DNA of 64,000 nucleotides, from contig JBMFRB010000002.1 of assembly GCA_049968255.1 (NCBI GenBank), forward strand, positions 192,001 to 256,000, given 5' to 3'. This document shows, piece after piece, positions 28,038 through 38,497 of this stretch (position 1 is its first letter; every line of letters starts with the position of its first letter). The notes under the pieces are model-generated. The model was not told where the DNA came from, did not search any database, and saw only the letters and a list, made by a program, of their open reading frames with translations. This DNA is from Candidatus Sumerlaeaceae bacterium. Its GTDB lineage: Bacteria > Sumerlaeota > Sumerlaeia > Sumerlaeales > Sumerlaeaceae. The position numbers and the translations under genes were made by a program.

Positions 28038-29489
28038 ATGAGCAGCCGTATGGTCCGAGATGTCACTCCTTTGATTGGCAAGAAATTCTTTATTTTGCTC
28101 GTGGGGATGTTATTGGTTGTTTTGCCGAATTTTGTTGTTCCGCGAGTTGCGACGCTAAATCCGGCAATTCACAGCAAGATCCTCATGCTACGCTGGATTT
28201 TGGGCGCAATGCTCGTTGCCGCAGCTCTCGCATCCGCGTGTTTCTCACATCATCGCCTGCTTCTCGGTGAAGTGGTGTTGTTGGCATTTGTTTTTGCTAA
28301 TTTGATATCAGCTGTGACGAGTTCAACCCCTGGTTTTTCTTTGACGGATTCATGGCAAATCTGGTGCCTTCCTTTGGTGAGCTTGGGGATTGCACGCCTA
28401 AAGCCGACAGCTCATCAGCGAGACGGGTTAGTTTATTTGGCGGTAGGGGGAGGGGGCATTGCCGCCCTGTATGGCCTGTGCGTTTACCTCGGTTACGATG
28501 TTCTCCGCGACCTCTATCCTTTCGCGTATTCTAAGGGCGATGCCAGAAACTACATCCATTCGTTCTTGGGCAACCCTGAGTATTTTGGTGGCTACATGGC
28601 CCCGCTGAGCGTCCTTGCTTTTGGCTATGCACTGTCTGGTTGGCACAGCTTGTGGCGCCGACTAGCCTGGCTGGGGCTTTGCACCTTTTTTCTTCTCGCC
28701 TTGGTGCTGAGCGGAACACGTGGTGCTCTTCTTGGAGCACTCTTTGGTTTTGTCTTGATTTTGTTGCGTGTCTACCGTGTGCAAGAGCCGGCAACTCGTC
28801 GTCGAATCATGGCGGGGATCGGCCTTTTGGTCGTTGTTACTGTCGCCGCGGTGGCAGTGCTTTCTTTCCCTAATCCGCTCAATGTTCGCCGCATGAGGCT
28901 GGCTCAGCGATTCGTTGCTGCGTTTGATCTCGCCTCAGATTCTGTGAGAGAGAGAATTTTATTTTTCGTTACCGCTTCGCGCATTGTGAAGGACCATCCT
29001 TTGCTGGGTGTCGGCCCCGGCTGTTTCAAATTGCATTTTTATCCTACTGTCCGCCTTCTAGTGCAGGAGGACGAGCGAGCGGGCTTCAAGCATTTTGCCG
29101 AAACTCTTCAGGGGCGCGTGGCGGAACATGCCCACAACGATTATCTCGAGTTCCTCAGTGAGCTTGGGGCTGTGGGGTTCGCAGCTTTTGCAGGTGTGGT
29201 CGCTGTGTTGATTTCGCGGTTTCGAGCTCGCCGAAGCGGGATGATTGGCTCTGAGGAGGACCTATCCGCTCGCTATACCTGGTTTCAATTCACGATCTTT
29301 TTTGGCGCAATTGCCTGTTTGCTGCTCAATGCTCTTTTCAGTTTCCCCCTGCACCTACCCGTTCGAGCTTCTTTGTTCTGGATCCTTGTTGGCTTATTCG
29401 TATCTTGCGACGGCGAGCTCGATTCGACGCAAGGGGATGATTTTGGCAGGCAGTCGCGTACCTTGGATGCCGCTGCGGAAAACAGCTGA
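28038..29489 (+). CDS. O-antigen ligase / Wzy_C family membrane protein
   Basis: [45 protein letters not shown] and FSFPLHLP; many TMs. Confidence 0.9.
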   Translation: MSSRMVRDVTPLIGKKFFILLVGMLLVVLPNFVVPRVATLNPAIHSKILMLRWILGAMLVAAALASACFSHHRLLLGEVVLLAFVFANLISAVTSSTPGFSLTDSWQIWCLPLVSLGIARLKPTAHQRDGLVYLAVGGGGIAALYGLCVYLGYDVLRDLYPFAYSKGDARNYIHSFLGNPEYFGGYMAPLSVLAFGYALSGWHSLWRRLAWLGLCTFFLLALVLSGTRGALLGALFGFVLILLRVYRVQEPATRRRIMAGIGLLVVVTVAAVAVLSFPNPLNVRRMRLAQRFVAAFDLASDSVRERILFFVTASRIVKDHPLLGVGPGCFKLHFYPTVRLLVQEDERAGFKHFAETLQGRVAEHAHNDYLEFLSELGAVGFAAFAGVVAVLISRFRARRSGMIGSEEDLSARYTWFQFTIFFGAIACLLLNALFSFPLHLPVRASLFWILVGLFVSCDGELDSTQGDDFGRQSRTLDAAAENS

Positions 29490-29578
29490 AATCGCCTCGT
29501 TCGTCTCTCTATTCTCGATGTGCTTTGGCCGCAAGGCCGACAGCGCCACACAACACGTTGCCACAGAAAGGAGATGAA

Positions 29579-30691
29579 ATGAGAAAGAACCTTCTCGTCG
29601 GCCGTCGAATTGACCCACCTCCTATTCATTCTGACATGGGGGTGGCAGAGCTGGTGGACGAAGTTTTTTTGGCTTTCAATGCAGCGCGCTTGCGGGAAGC
29701 CGCTCAGTTACTCGCACGTAAATGCCTTGACAATGATGTGACTGTGGGACTTACTCTAAGCGGAGCGCTCACTCCCGCAGGCTTGGGCGCGAGCGCCCTG
29801 GTCCCTTTGCTCGAAGCTGGATTTGTAGACTGGATAGTCTCGACAGGCGCAAATCTTTACCACGACTGCCACTTTGTGTTGGACTGCGAACTTCACGTCG
29901 GCAGTGCGAATGTTAATGATGTTCTGCTCCGCGAACAAGGATTGGTTCGCATCTACGACATTCTCTTCGAGGCGGAGGTGCTTTTGCGTACAGACGAGTT
30001 TTTCCGTCGTGTTCTCGACGCTCCTGAGTTTCAGAAGAAGATGGGGACGGCAGAATTTCACTACTTGCTGGGTAAGTATGTGGCCGAGCGGGAAAGCCAA
30101 CTCGGTCAGAAGCGGCGTAGCTTACTCGCAGCTGCATTCGAATTTGGCGTGCCCGTTTACACCTCATCTCCTGGAGATAGTTCCATTGGGCTCATTCTTG
30201 CAGAAAAGCAGCTCGATGGAAGCGAACTCACTCTGGATCCCTTTCTTGACGTGAACGAGACAACCGCGATTGTCCTCAATGCTAAACGAAACGGGGGAAG
30301 ATCGGCAGTGTGGATTTTGGGAGGAGGGGCACCGAAAAATTTTGCCCTTCAGACGGAACCTCAATTGCAGGATGTGCTGAAAATTGGCGAGAAAGGGCAC
30401 GATTATTTCATCCAGATCACCGATGCGCGTCCCGACACGGGCGGGCTCAGTGGGGCAACCCCAAGTGAGGCTGTAAGCTGGGGCAAAATTGATCCAGACT
30501 CGTTGCCCGATGCAGTTGTCTGCTATTGCGACACGACAATCGCGTTGCCGCTTCTGACGGCTTACCTTTTGAAACAACATCCTCCGCGACAGCACAAGCG
30601 GCTTTATGACCGACGCGGCGAAATGCTGGACCAACTTCGCGCGGAATTTCATGCTGCGAAAAGGCGCATTATGACATCCAGAGCCAGGTAG
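29579..30691 (+). CDS. Deoxyhypusine synthase-like protein (probable homospermidine synthase, SpeY-type)
   Basis: [31 protein letters not shown] and [16 protein letters not shown] (catalytic Lys present); SD AAGGAG. Confidence 0.9.
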   Translation: MRKNLLVGRRIDPPPIHSDMGVAELVDEVFLAFNAARLREAAQLLARKCLDNDVTVGLTLSGALTPAGLGASALVPLLEAGFVDWIVSTGANLYHDCHFVLDCELHVGSANVNDVLLREQGLVRIYDILFEAEVLLRTDEFFRRVLDAPEFQKKMGTAEFHYLLGKYVAERESQLGQKRRSLLAAAFEFGVPVYTSSPGDSSIGLILAEKQLDGSELTLDPFLDVNETTAIVLNAKRNGGRSAVWILGGGAPKNFALQTEPQLQDVLKIGEKGHDYFIQITDARPDTGGLSGATPSEAVSWGKIDPDSLPDAVVCYCDTTIALPLLTAYLLKQHPPRQHKRLYDRRGEMLDQLRAEFHAAKRRIMTSRAR

Positions 30692-30797
30692 GGGCAATGT
30701 ACAGAGATCAATGTGCTAGCTCTCACGCAGTCTGCTTGCCTTTCGTTAGTCAAGAGAAGTTGTGTAATGCTGCTGTTTAGCCACGGGAGACTGTGCT

Positions 30798-31547
30798 GTG
30801 AATGACAGTGCTAGAGAGTCGTCGGCTTTTGTCCTGGACTGTCGTGACTTTCGTGAATCATCTCAACTTCTCGTTTTGCTAACGGAGGCCTACGGTCGGG
30901 TGGAGGCAGTTGCACGGGGCAGTCGACGCGCTAAAGGTTCCGTGCCTGATCGCTTCTGTAGGATTTTTGCGGTCTGGCGACCATCACGAAAAAGCGCATT
31001 GGCGACAATCTCGCGCTGGGAACTTGAACAGTCTTATCCCGCTATCCGCTCTTGCTATCTTGCATATCTGTTGGCCAGCTTGTGGGCGGATAGCGTGTTG
31101 GCTCTCACTGCCCCTTCAGCGGAAGAACGCGACGTGTTTCGTCTTAGCGCGCACCTATTCAGCTCTTTTCAAAGCGGGGCGACTCGGTGTCTTCCTCGCT
31201 GGGAGCATCTGCGGCTGTTTTGGCAACTTTTGGACTCACTTGGCTACGTCAGTGGATTAGAAAACTGTGCAAGTTGCATAGAAAAGCGGCCCCTTCACTG
31301 GTTTTCTTTTTCTGTTATGGGGCCCTTGTGCGAGCGATGTGCTCTTGGTCAGCAAGACGTTTACCCTCTTTGCGAACTGTGGGTAAGGCACTTAGGACAA
31401 GCCGGGATGCGAGCTTTCGCGCTACCGGTCGATGGGCTTATTGCCGCAGATTTTTTTAGCTTCTACGGAGCTGTTGTGGAACGCATCGCAGAGAAAAAAC
31501 TTCCGTCGGAGGCGCTTTTAGAAAAGGCGCTTCGCAACGCCTCATAG
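30798..31547 (+). CDS. recO: DNA repair protein RecO
   Basis: N-terminal OB fold (VLDCRDFRESSQLLVLLT..GRVEAVARG) and a CxxC...CxxC zinc finger. Confidence 0.85.
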   Translation: MNDSARESSAFVLDCRDFRESSQLLVLLTEAYGRVEAVARGSRRAKGSVPDRFCRIFAVWRPSRKSALATISRWELEQSYPAIRSCYLAYLLASLWADSVLALTAPSAEERDVFRLSAHLFSSFQSGATRCLPRWEHLRLFWQLLDSLGYVSGLENCASCIEKRPLHWFSFSVMGPLCERCALGQQDVYPLCELWVRHLGQAGMRAFALPVDGLIAADFFSFYGAVVERIAEKKLPSEALLEKALRNAS

Positions 31548-31633
31548 GCTTGATCTTTTTGGGTTGAAAACTAGCAAGCTCGGCTATAGCAAAAGAGCGG
31601 GTGCTGGAATAGTGTGGAACGGAGGATTTCGCG

Positions 31634-32644
31634 ATGAGTATGACGGGCCGAGCGCAAGACCGCAACGTTGAGGGGATTCTTCATTATCTTCACGACTATT
31701 TGAATGTTCGTCAGCAGCAAGCCATTCGTGTGAATCCTCGAATCGCTAACGTCATTGACGACGTCGTTTGGGCACAAGTGGAGAACCTGCGTCAGATCCT
31801 TCAAGGATTAAAGAGTTTTGGTCCTGAACGCATTAGAGTTGCCGATATTCTTGTGGGCGACGATGACCTCAAGCGCAAAGCACTCTTTAGCCACAGCGAT
31901 CAGAATTCAATCGTTCATGAAATCATTAATCGTCCCGATGACCAGCACGGCCGCGTGGCCGAGCTAGCTATCCATGACATGCGTACGTTGTTCCGCGCAA
32001 TGGATCCCAGCTTAGAAAACATCGTGCAACTGATCCAGCACTGGCTACTGTGGGATTTGCCCGACGCTGCGGATCTCTTTCATTTCGATCTTCAGGTGGC
32101 TAGGTGCGCATATTTGCGAAGTAATCAGCTGACAGATGAGATTCGCGAGCGTTACCGGGCTGCTTTACGTAAACGCCCGGGTGATCCTATTGCCGATAAG
32201 GATATTCTTGGTTTCGAGCTTCAGCGACTCGAGCATATCTTGAATGCCTTTGTAGTGCGCCGGACCGAAGAAAAGGCGTATATGATGATCATTCGCCGTG
32301 ACGAAATGGTCGGGAGCGCCTCAAGTCAGGAAATTCTCCGTTTGTCCGAACACTTGCGTATCCTCGAAGCGCTTGAGAAAGAGAGCGGTCCGCTCGCTCC
32401 TCAGATGCAGGAGCGCTACGCCAAATTGTTATGTCGCGCGGTAGATGAAGTGACGCGCGAACAAGCTATTGATTACGAAAAAAAGGTTATTGCAGAGGGT
32501 AAGCGATGCCTCCACGGTTACTTAGAGGACGATCGCTATCGGGGGGAAGCATACGACTATAAAAAAGTGCAGATGCAACAATTGAAAGAGCGTTTTGCCG
32601 CTGAGCAGAAAAAATGTGAGCCCCTGCTTCAGGGCAGTGTGTAA
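31634..32644 (+). CDS. Hypothetical all-alpha cytoplasmic protein with an internal repeat
   Basis: 336-aa ORF with SD GGAGG; no recognised motif. Confidence 0.8.
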   Translation: MSMTGRAQDRNVEGILHYLHDYLNVRQQQAIRVNPRIANVIDDVVWAQVENLRQILQGLKSFGPERIRVADILVGDDDLKRKALFSHSDQNSIVHEIINRPDDQHGRVAELAIHDMRTLFRAMDPSLENIVQLIQHWLLWDLPDAADLFHFDLQVARCAYLRSNQLTDEIRERYRAALRKRPGDPIADKDILGFELQRLEHILNAFVVRRTEEKAYMMIIRRDEMVGSASSQEILRLSEHLRILEALEKESGPLAPQMQERYAKLLCRAVDEVTREQAIDYEKKVIAEGKRCLHGYLEDDRYRGEAYDYKKVQMQQLKERFAAEQKKCEPLLQGSV

Positions 32645-32669
32645 ATACAAATTCGAAAGAAAGTCACTT

Positions 32670-33497
32670 GTGAATAAGCTAAGAGCTAAAATTCAAAAAG
32701 TTGCTGAGGGGTTGGTGTTTCCCGAAGGTCCGGTATGGCATCCAGAGGGCTATTTGCTTTTCTCTGATGTTCATGGCGCCACAATTGAACGCCTCCTGTG
32801 CCAAGGCGGAACCGAAAGTTGGTGGAGCGTTGGGAAAAAGACTAACGGCCTCATCATGTCCCCTGATGGGCTGAACATTATTGCGTGCTGTTACAGCGAA
32901 CGCGAGCTGCTGGAAATAGATGCATTCACGAAATCATTTCGCGTGTTAGCCAACAATTGTGAAGGCAGACCTTTTCTCAACGTAAACGATGTGGCGGTGG
33001 ACAGCAATGGGATCATTTATTTCTCTGACCCCTGCTGGGACCCTGCTTACGATGAACATCAAGCGGTTTATATGCTCACGCCTGACGGCGAAGTTTGCTG
33101 CGCTGCACGGATCCGTTTTCAGCCCAACGGACTTGTTGTCAGTCCAGACGAAAAATGGTTGTTTGTTGCGCGATCGGGCGCACATGATATTGTGCGATTT
33201 GAACGTGCCCCAAATGGAGCAATTGTTGGAGGAGATATTTGGTGTCGGTTGGCAGATGGGGCCGAACCTGATGGAATGACGATCGATCAGGAAGGCAACT
33301 TGTACGTAGCACTAGCGGGTACTGGCCAGTTGCAGGTTCTTGATCAGAGGGCGAAAACCCTTGGACTATTTGACATCTGTGGACGCATGGCAACGAACTG
33401 CGAATTTGAAGGAGCGAATGAAAACGTTCTCTACGTCACTGGTGGGGGACGCCGTAGTGCACGCAATGGTTGCATATGGCGAGTTGAATTTGAATAG
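32670..33497 (+). CDS. SMP-30/gluconolactonase/LRE family protein
   Basis: FPEGPVW, NGL, NDV, YFSDP, PNGL and PDGMTID motifs. Confidence 0.92.
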   Translation: MNKLRAKIQKVAEGLVFPEGPVWHPEGYLLFSDVHGATIERLLCQGGTESWWSVGKKTNGLIMSPDGLNIIACCYSERELLEIDAFTKSFRVLANNCEGRPFLNVNDVAVDSNGIIYFSDPCWDPAYDEHQAVYMLTPDGEVCCAARIRFQPNGLVVSPDEKWLFVARSGAHDIVRFERAPNGAIVGGDIWCRLADGAEPDGMTIDQEGNLYVALAGTGQLQVLDQRAKTLGLFDICGRMATNCEFEGANENVLYVTGGGRRSARNGCIWRVEFE

Positions 33498-33559
33498 CCG
33501 AGAACGCCTCCGTGGCCTGAAGGCGTCCTCGGCCCAAGGTTTTCCTGCAACCAGTTGGC

Positions 33560-34708
33560 CTATCGAGCCGAAAGCTCGACCGCCTTGCGCGCTCCCTCGC
33601 TCATCGTTGCTGCAGGGATAAGCTGAGTGCCCTTCAGGAGCTCTCTCGCGCGCTCTTCATTCGTCCCGCTGAGCCGAATCACAATGGGGGTGTTCCATTT
33701 CGGGAATTGTTCAAGAGCTTTAAGAATGCCTTCCGCGACAAGATCGCAACGCACTATTCCGCCAAAGATGTTTATAAAAATAGTGTTTACATTGCGATCG
33801 CTTACGATTAACTTGAGTGCTTGTGCTACCTGATCACTCTTGGCGCCTCCGCCAATGTCGAGAAAGTTTGCTGGCTCGCCGCCAAAATGTTTGATCAAAT
33901 CCATGGTGGCCATTGCTAATCCGGCACCATTGACGATGCAGCCTATCTTGCCATCGAGCTTCACGTAATTCAGCTTGTACTTACGGGCTTGGCGCTCAAG
34001 CGGAGGTTCTTCAGCCGGGTCTCGAAGCTTAGCTATTGCCGAATGACGCCATAATGCGTTGTCATCAAAGTTCATCTTGGCGTCAGCGGCAATAACTTGG
34101 CCGTCAGCGGTGACAACAAGTGGGTTGATTTCAGCCAGGGAACAATCTTTTTCGACAAAAGCCCGATACAGCCCCTCCATTGTATTTGCGAAGTCATTGA
34201 AGCTTTCTTTTGCGAGGCCAAGAAAATAGAACATCTCGCGGATTTGCCATGCCGGTAGTCCAAGCAACGGATCAACGGGCGAGAAGAGAATTTTCTCCGG
34301 CGTCTCAGCAGCCACCTGCTCAATTTCAACACCACCTGCTGCACTTCCCATCATGACCGGTATCTTGCGACCTCGGTCCACGACGACACCAAGATAAATT
34401 TCCTTGGCGATGTTTAACCCTTGTTCAAATAGCAGCTTTTTGACTTTCTCGCCTTTGATTTCCATGCCAAGGAGCTGAGTTACGACTGGCTCGATTTCGT
34501 CCTCGCTCCGGATCAATTTGATGCCGCCCGCTTTACCGCGACCACCAACGAGAACTTGTGATTTGGCAACGACGGGAAAGCCCACCTTGGCAGCAAGATT
34601 TTTCGCTGCCTCAATGGCTCTGGCAGGAGAGCGGGCTACTATGCCTTCCGGCACATTTACTCCATATTTCTTCAGGATGGCCTTAGCCTGAAATTCATGA
34701 ATCTTCAT
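33560..34708 (-). CDS. sucC: Succinyl-CoA synthetase beta subunit
   Basis: MKIHEFQAK, GGRGKAGG, EINPL, NGAGLAMATMD, ANFLDIGGG and NIFGGIVRCD. Confidence 0.97.
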   Translation of the reverse strand: MKIHEFQAKAILKKYGVNVPEGIVARSPARAIEAAKNLAAKVGFPVVAKSQVLVGGRGKAGGIKLIRSEDEIEPVVTQLLGMEIKGEKVKKLLFEQGLNIAKEIYLGVVVDRGRKIPVMMGSAAGGVEIEQVAAETPEKILFSPVDPLLGLPAWQIREMFYFLGLAKESFNDFANTMEGLYRAFVEKDCSLAEINPLVVTADGQVIAADAKMNFDDNALWRHSAIAKLRDPAEEPPLERQARKYKLNYVKLDGKIGCIVNGAGLAMATMDLIKHFGGEPANFLDIGGGAKSDQVAQALKLIVSDRNVNTIFINIFGGIVRCDLVAEGILKALEQFPKWNTPIVIRLSGTNEERARELLKGTQLIPAATMSEGARKAVELSAR

Positions 34709-34741
34709 AATGGAGAAGTCCTGTTTTTTTGAGTCACAATA

Positions 34742-35818
34742 TCACTCGGCAACGAAACTGGCAACCATGTCGCCGACTTCGGTTGTTGTGTATCCCATTT
34801 TTCCGGCGGCGAGGCTTTTGAGCTTTGTCCCAGTTACCTTCATGACCGCTTGCTCAATGGCTTTTGCTGCCTCGTCTTCTCCGAGCGTTTCGAGCATCAT
34901 TTGGCCCGCGCAAATTGCTGCCAGAGGGTTGATGACATTTTTCCCCGTGTATTTTGGGGCGCTACCACCAATCGGCTCGAACATGGACACCCCTCCGGGG
35001 TCGGGGTTGATATTTCCGCCTGCCGCGATTCCCATGCCTCCCTGAATCATGGCTCCTAGGTCGGTGATGATGTCACCGAACATATTGCCCGTCACGATCA
35101 CGTCGAACCATTCCGGATTCTTGACAAACCACATGGTGGTGGCGTCGACGTGGGCGTACTCTCTTTTGATGTCAGGGAATTCTTTCTCGCCCATTTCGTG
35201 GAAGGCGCGTTCCCACAAGCCGTAAATGTAAGTCAGAACATTGGTTTTTCCGCATAGCGTCAGGGTCTTTTTCTTATTGCGCTTGCGCGTGTAATTGAAC
35301 GCATAGCGCAGGCAACGGTCCACCCCGAACCGCGTATAGACTGCAGTCTGTGTTGCAACCTCTTGGGGAGTCCCGAGATGGGCTACGCCGCCCATGCCAG
35401 CGTAGAGGTCTTGCGTGTTTTCGCGGACGACAACGAAATCAATGTCCTCCGGTCCCTTATCTTTGATTGGGGTTTCAACGCCCGGGTAGAGTTTTACGGG
35501 ACGCAGATTGATGTATTGGTCCAGAGCAAACCGAAGTTTCAGTAGGATTCCCTTTTCGAGGATTCCTGGAGGGACATCGGGATGCCCGATGGCACCCAAA
35601 TATATCGCATCTACCTTTTTCAGCTCTTCGATTGCTGAGTCCGGAAGAAGTTCACCGGTGCGCTTGTAGCGCTCCCCGCCAAAATCATATTCGACGAAAT
35701 TCAGCGTGAAACTAAATTTTGCTGCTGCGGCTTTGAGAACTTTGACGCCTTCAGCAACAACTTCGGGACCCGTCCCATCCCCCGGAATGACCGCAATGTC
35801 ATAACTGCGATTGGCCAT
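34742..35818 (-). CDS. leuB: 3-isopropylmalate dehydrogenase (IDH/IMDH family)
   Basis: [29 protein letters not shown] and [10 protein letters not shown]; substrate specificity inferred. Confidence 0.85.
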   Translation of the reverse strand: MANRSYDIAVIPGDGTGPEVVAEGVKVLKAAAAKFSFTLNFVEYDFGGERYKRTGELLPDSAIEELKKVDAIYLGAIGHPDVPPGILEKGILLKLRFALDQYINLRPVKLYPGVETPIKDKGPEDIDFVVVRENTQDLYAGMGGVAHLGTPQEVATQTAVYTRFGVDRCLRYAFNYTRKRNKKKTLTLCGKTNVLTYIYGLWERAFHEMGEKEFPDIKREYAHVDATTMWFVKNPEWFDVIVTGNMFGDIITDLGAMIQGGMGIAAGGNINPDPGGVSMFEPIGGSAPKYTGKNVINPLAAICAGQMMLETLGEDEAAKAIEQAVMKVTGTKLKSLAAGKMGYTTTEVGDMVASFVAE

Positions 35819-35946
35819 AGTTCGCTCCGCCTTTTGGGCTTTCCTCCGTTTCAATTGTATTATGTTTGCGACGCTCAAAGGTTGACGCGCCCTTGTCAAA
35901 ACGAAAAAATCGCTTGGGCGCACTCGTAGGTTGGCGCGTCGTGGGG

Positions 35947-38370
35947 CTAAGCCCCGTAATCGTTCAGTCCTGGTACAAAGTCTTCGCCACGCGGGGTGAC
36001 TTCACTGCGACGATCGAGGCGGACGCTCACACGGGCAACGTGGTGCCGAAGCCACAGGCAGTTTTCGGTGAGCTGCTCGACGACTCCCGTGGGGTCCTCC
36101 GCATCGACGCCCACAATGTTGCACGGAAGAGTCCAGACGATCCGCTCAGGCGCGTACGTCCAGTCTGGAGACAGCCGAAGCTCCGCCGTTTGGTCCTGGG
36201 CAGAGATATGCAAGTCTACACGTCCGAAGTACGTTGGCGCTCCGCGAACTTTAATTTCGTTGCCCGGAGCAAACCATTGCTGTGGAACACAAGGCGTAAG
36301 GTAAAGATCGTCAAATTTTTCCACAAAAACCAGGGAGCGCAGCAAGAGGACCCATTCTGCTGCGGCCCATCCATGGTGTGCGTCTCCCATGCACCCGCCA
36401 CCAGTGCGCGGATGGATGGCCTCCGGCCAGCATAGGGTCGGGTTTCCGAGCTTCAGCATGTAGCTAATCAGCTTGAAAGCACCTAAGTCACCTAAAAAAA
36501 GAAGGCACTGCGCCATTTGGAGAGTAAGGTAGGAGTTCACGCCGCTGTGGATCATTTCTTGGTAAAACCCTTCGCCATGGAAGAGATGATTTCGGATAAA
36601 GCGGACGGTGTTTGCTAGCCACGGAGTGGTGCGAATATCGTAGAGAGCCAAAGGGTAGGCCGCACAGATATTGCCAATCATGCCGGCATCGGGAGGACGC
36701 CCCGGTGCAGCAGGAAGTACATGCGCCGGACTGTGCTCGATGTCACGCGAGATCGCGTCGCGCAGGTCTCGCTGATAGTTTTCAGCGAAAGTTTTGAACA
36801 TCTCGGCGTCCTGATGCTCGCCAAGGGCGCGGGCGGCCATGGCGGCGTCCTGCAGCCCGCGCAGGGACCAGAAATTGTCCCAGTAGTAGAAATCATTCGG
36901 TCCCAGGTGCTCGGCGCTGAAGCCAGCTGGCATGAGCCCACGGGGCTTCTTTTTCGTGATGCTCACATCGTGACGCTTGTGCTCAATCCACAGGGCTCCT
37001 CGACGAATCGCGGGATACATTTCACGCAAGAATCGTTCGTCGCGCGTTAGGCGATAGTGTTCGAGCATGGACCATATGGCCTCGCCGTTGGAATCCCATT
37101 CGCCTTTCTGAGCGCAGAAATATCCGTTCTTCCATTGCCGAGCGGGATAGGTTTCAAGCACGTCGCGGCAGAGTTTGTGATAGCCGAGTTTATCCAATGC
37201 GTTCAGTATAAAGGCAGCATCGCGAAACCAGTGACGATGGTACGTGAACGGCCCAGCAGTCACCTCTGTGCGATCGTGCAAGAGCAATAAGGTGGCGCGG
37301 TTTGCGCGCAAGCACTCGTTTAGATTCGCATCAGGTAACTCAAGTTCCACTCCCTCCTGCATCGCTGTCTCCCAAAGCTCGCGGGCGCGTTGCTTTGCTG
37401 ACGAAATATGTTCAGGAACAAGAAACTCATAGCAAACCAGACGTGGAGGAATTTTTTCCAATGGCATTACGGCATGCATAGACATTGTTTTGCCTGGGGG
37501 CAGAGAGAGTGGATGAAATGTGGCACCAGTACAGAGACCGGTTGGGCAGTGGGCAACGTGAAGCAGCCCCTCTTCCTCCACGATCCGGTGCGCGACATCT
37601 CCTTGTTCGTGGTTGAAGGCAAGCCATTTCGTCGGGCGATTGCTCAAGACCACGGCCAAATGTTTCTCCACTAACCAGAAGCCTTTTGAATTATACGCAA
37701 GCTCGTGAACGAGGCTGATTCCCTCGGGATTTGCTGGTCGGAGAGAAAAAATCAAAGCACCGTTGAGCGGATGCTGAAGGTCTGGATTGCGCACCAGCAC
37801 TTGATGCACGACAAAGTCCATGTCTGCAACGCGAATAGGGAAGGTTTCAAAAAGCAAGATTGCCGTGGCTAAGCGAATCTCGGTGAAAACCCACGGAAGC
37901 CCATGCGCCCGCCATTGGCGGACCTGTGCCGTGTCGAGCTGTGAGGGGAAATGCAATCTCTGGCCGTCGTAGAACCACGTATCCAGCGACCAGCCATTGT
38001 TCCATGGCGTAACCAGCCCGCGCGGATCCACGATGGCTTCGTTTTTTCCTCCAAGAAATCCTATTCCGATCCAGTCGCGGTGAGTGAGGTTTATGTAGGT
38101 GAGATTCATCGCGCGAGGGATAAACGACTCACTGTGTGGAGAGGACTGCCGTTCCATCCAGTAAGGCCAAACCCAATCACTGTGAAGCGAAAGAACGTGC
38201 AAATTCATGAATCCGCGAAGTTGCATGAGCACACCAGCGGGGATAAGCTCATTGGGGACGGTGACCTCCGAAGGCCTATTGAGGTGTCTAAGTGCCTCCA
38301 CATATTCGAGTCCCTCCTCGACCCGGTAGTATCGACGCAGATATTGGAGGATGTATTTCAGGAAAAACAT
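35947..38370 (-). CDS. Putative glycoside hydrolase/phosphorylase with an (alpha/alpha)6 barrel; no signal peptide
   Basis: GPFTYHRHWFRDAAF, GEWDSNGE, GLMPAGFSAEH, YYWDNFW, WPEAIHP, MGDAHHGW and APTYFG are typical six-hairpin glycosidase elements. Confidence 0.75.
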   Translation of the reverse strand: MFFLKYILQYLRRYYRVEEGLEYVEALRHLNRPSEVTVPNELIPAGVLMQLRGFMNLHVLSLHSDWVWPYWMERQSSPHSESFIPRAMNLTYINLTHRDWIGIGFLGGKNEAIVDPRGLVTPWNNGWSLDTWFYDGQRLHFPSQLDTAQVRQWRAHGLPWVFTEIRLATAILLFETFPIRVADMDFVVHQVLVRNPDLQHPLNGALIFSLRPANPEGISLVHELAYNSKGFWLVEKHLAVVLSNRPTKWLAFNHEQGDVAHRIVEEEGLLHVAHCPTGLCTGATFHPLSLPPGKTMSMHAVMPLEKIPPRLVCYEFLVPEHISSAKQRARELWETAMQEGVELELPDANLNECLRANRATLLLLHDRTEVTAGPFTYHRHWFRDAAFILNALDKLGYHKLCRDVLETYPARQWKNGYFCAQKGEWDSNGEAIWSMLEHYRLTRDERFLREMYPAIRRGALWIEHKRHDVSITKKKPRGLMPAGFSAEHLGPNDFYYWDNFWSLRGLQDAAMAARALGEHQDAEMFKTFAENYQRDLRDAISRDIEHSPAHVLPAAPGRPPDAGMIGNICAAYPLALYDIRTTPWLANTVRFIRNHLFHGEGFYQEMIHSGVNSYLTLQMAQCLLFLGDLGAFKLISYMLKLGNPTLCWPEAIHPRTGGGCMGDAHHGWAAAEWVLLLRSLVFVEKFDDLYLTPCVPQQWFAPGNEIKVRGAPTYFGRVDLHISAQDQTAELRLSPDWTYAPERIVWTLPCNIVGVDAEDPTGVVEQLTENCLWLRHHVARVSVRLDRRSEVTPRGEDFVPGLNDYGA

Positions 38371-38497
38371 TGTAAGTTTTTCATCTCTCTTCTTTGCGGT
38401 TTGGTTTGCTTCTCACACCTAGAGCGGTGCATGAAAAAGCGTGAATGTTTTAGCCGCCGTTTTGAACACCACAAAACTTTAGGTGTGCTCGTGCCCC

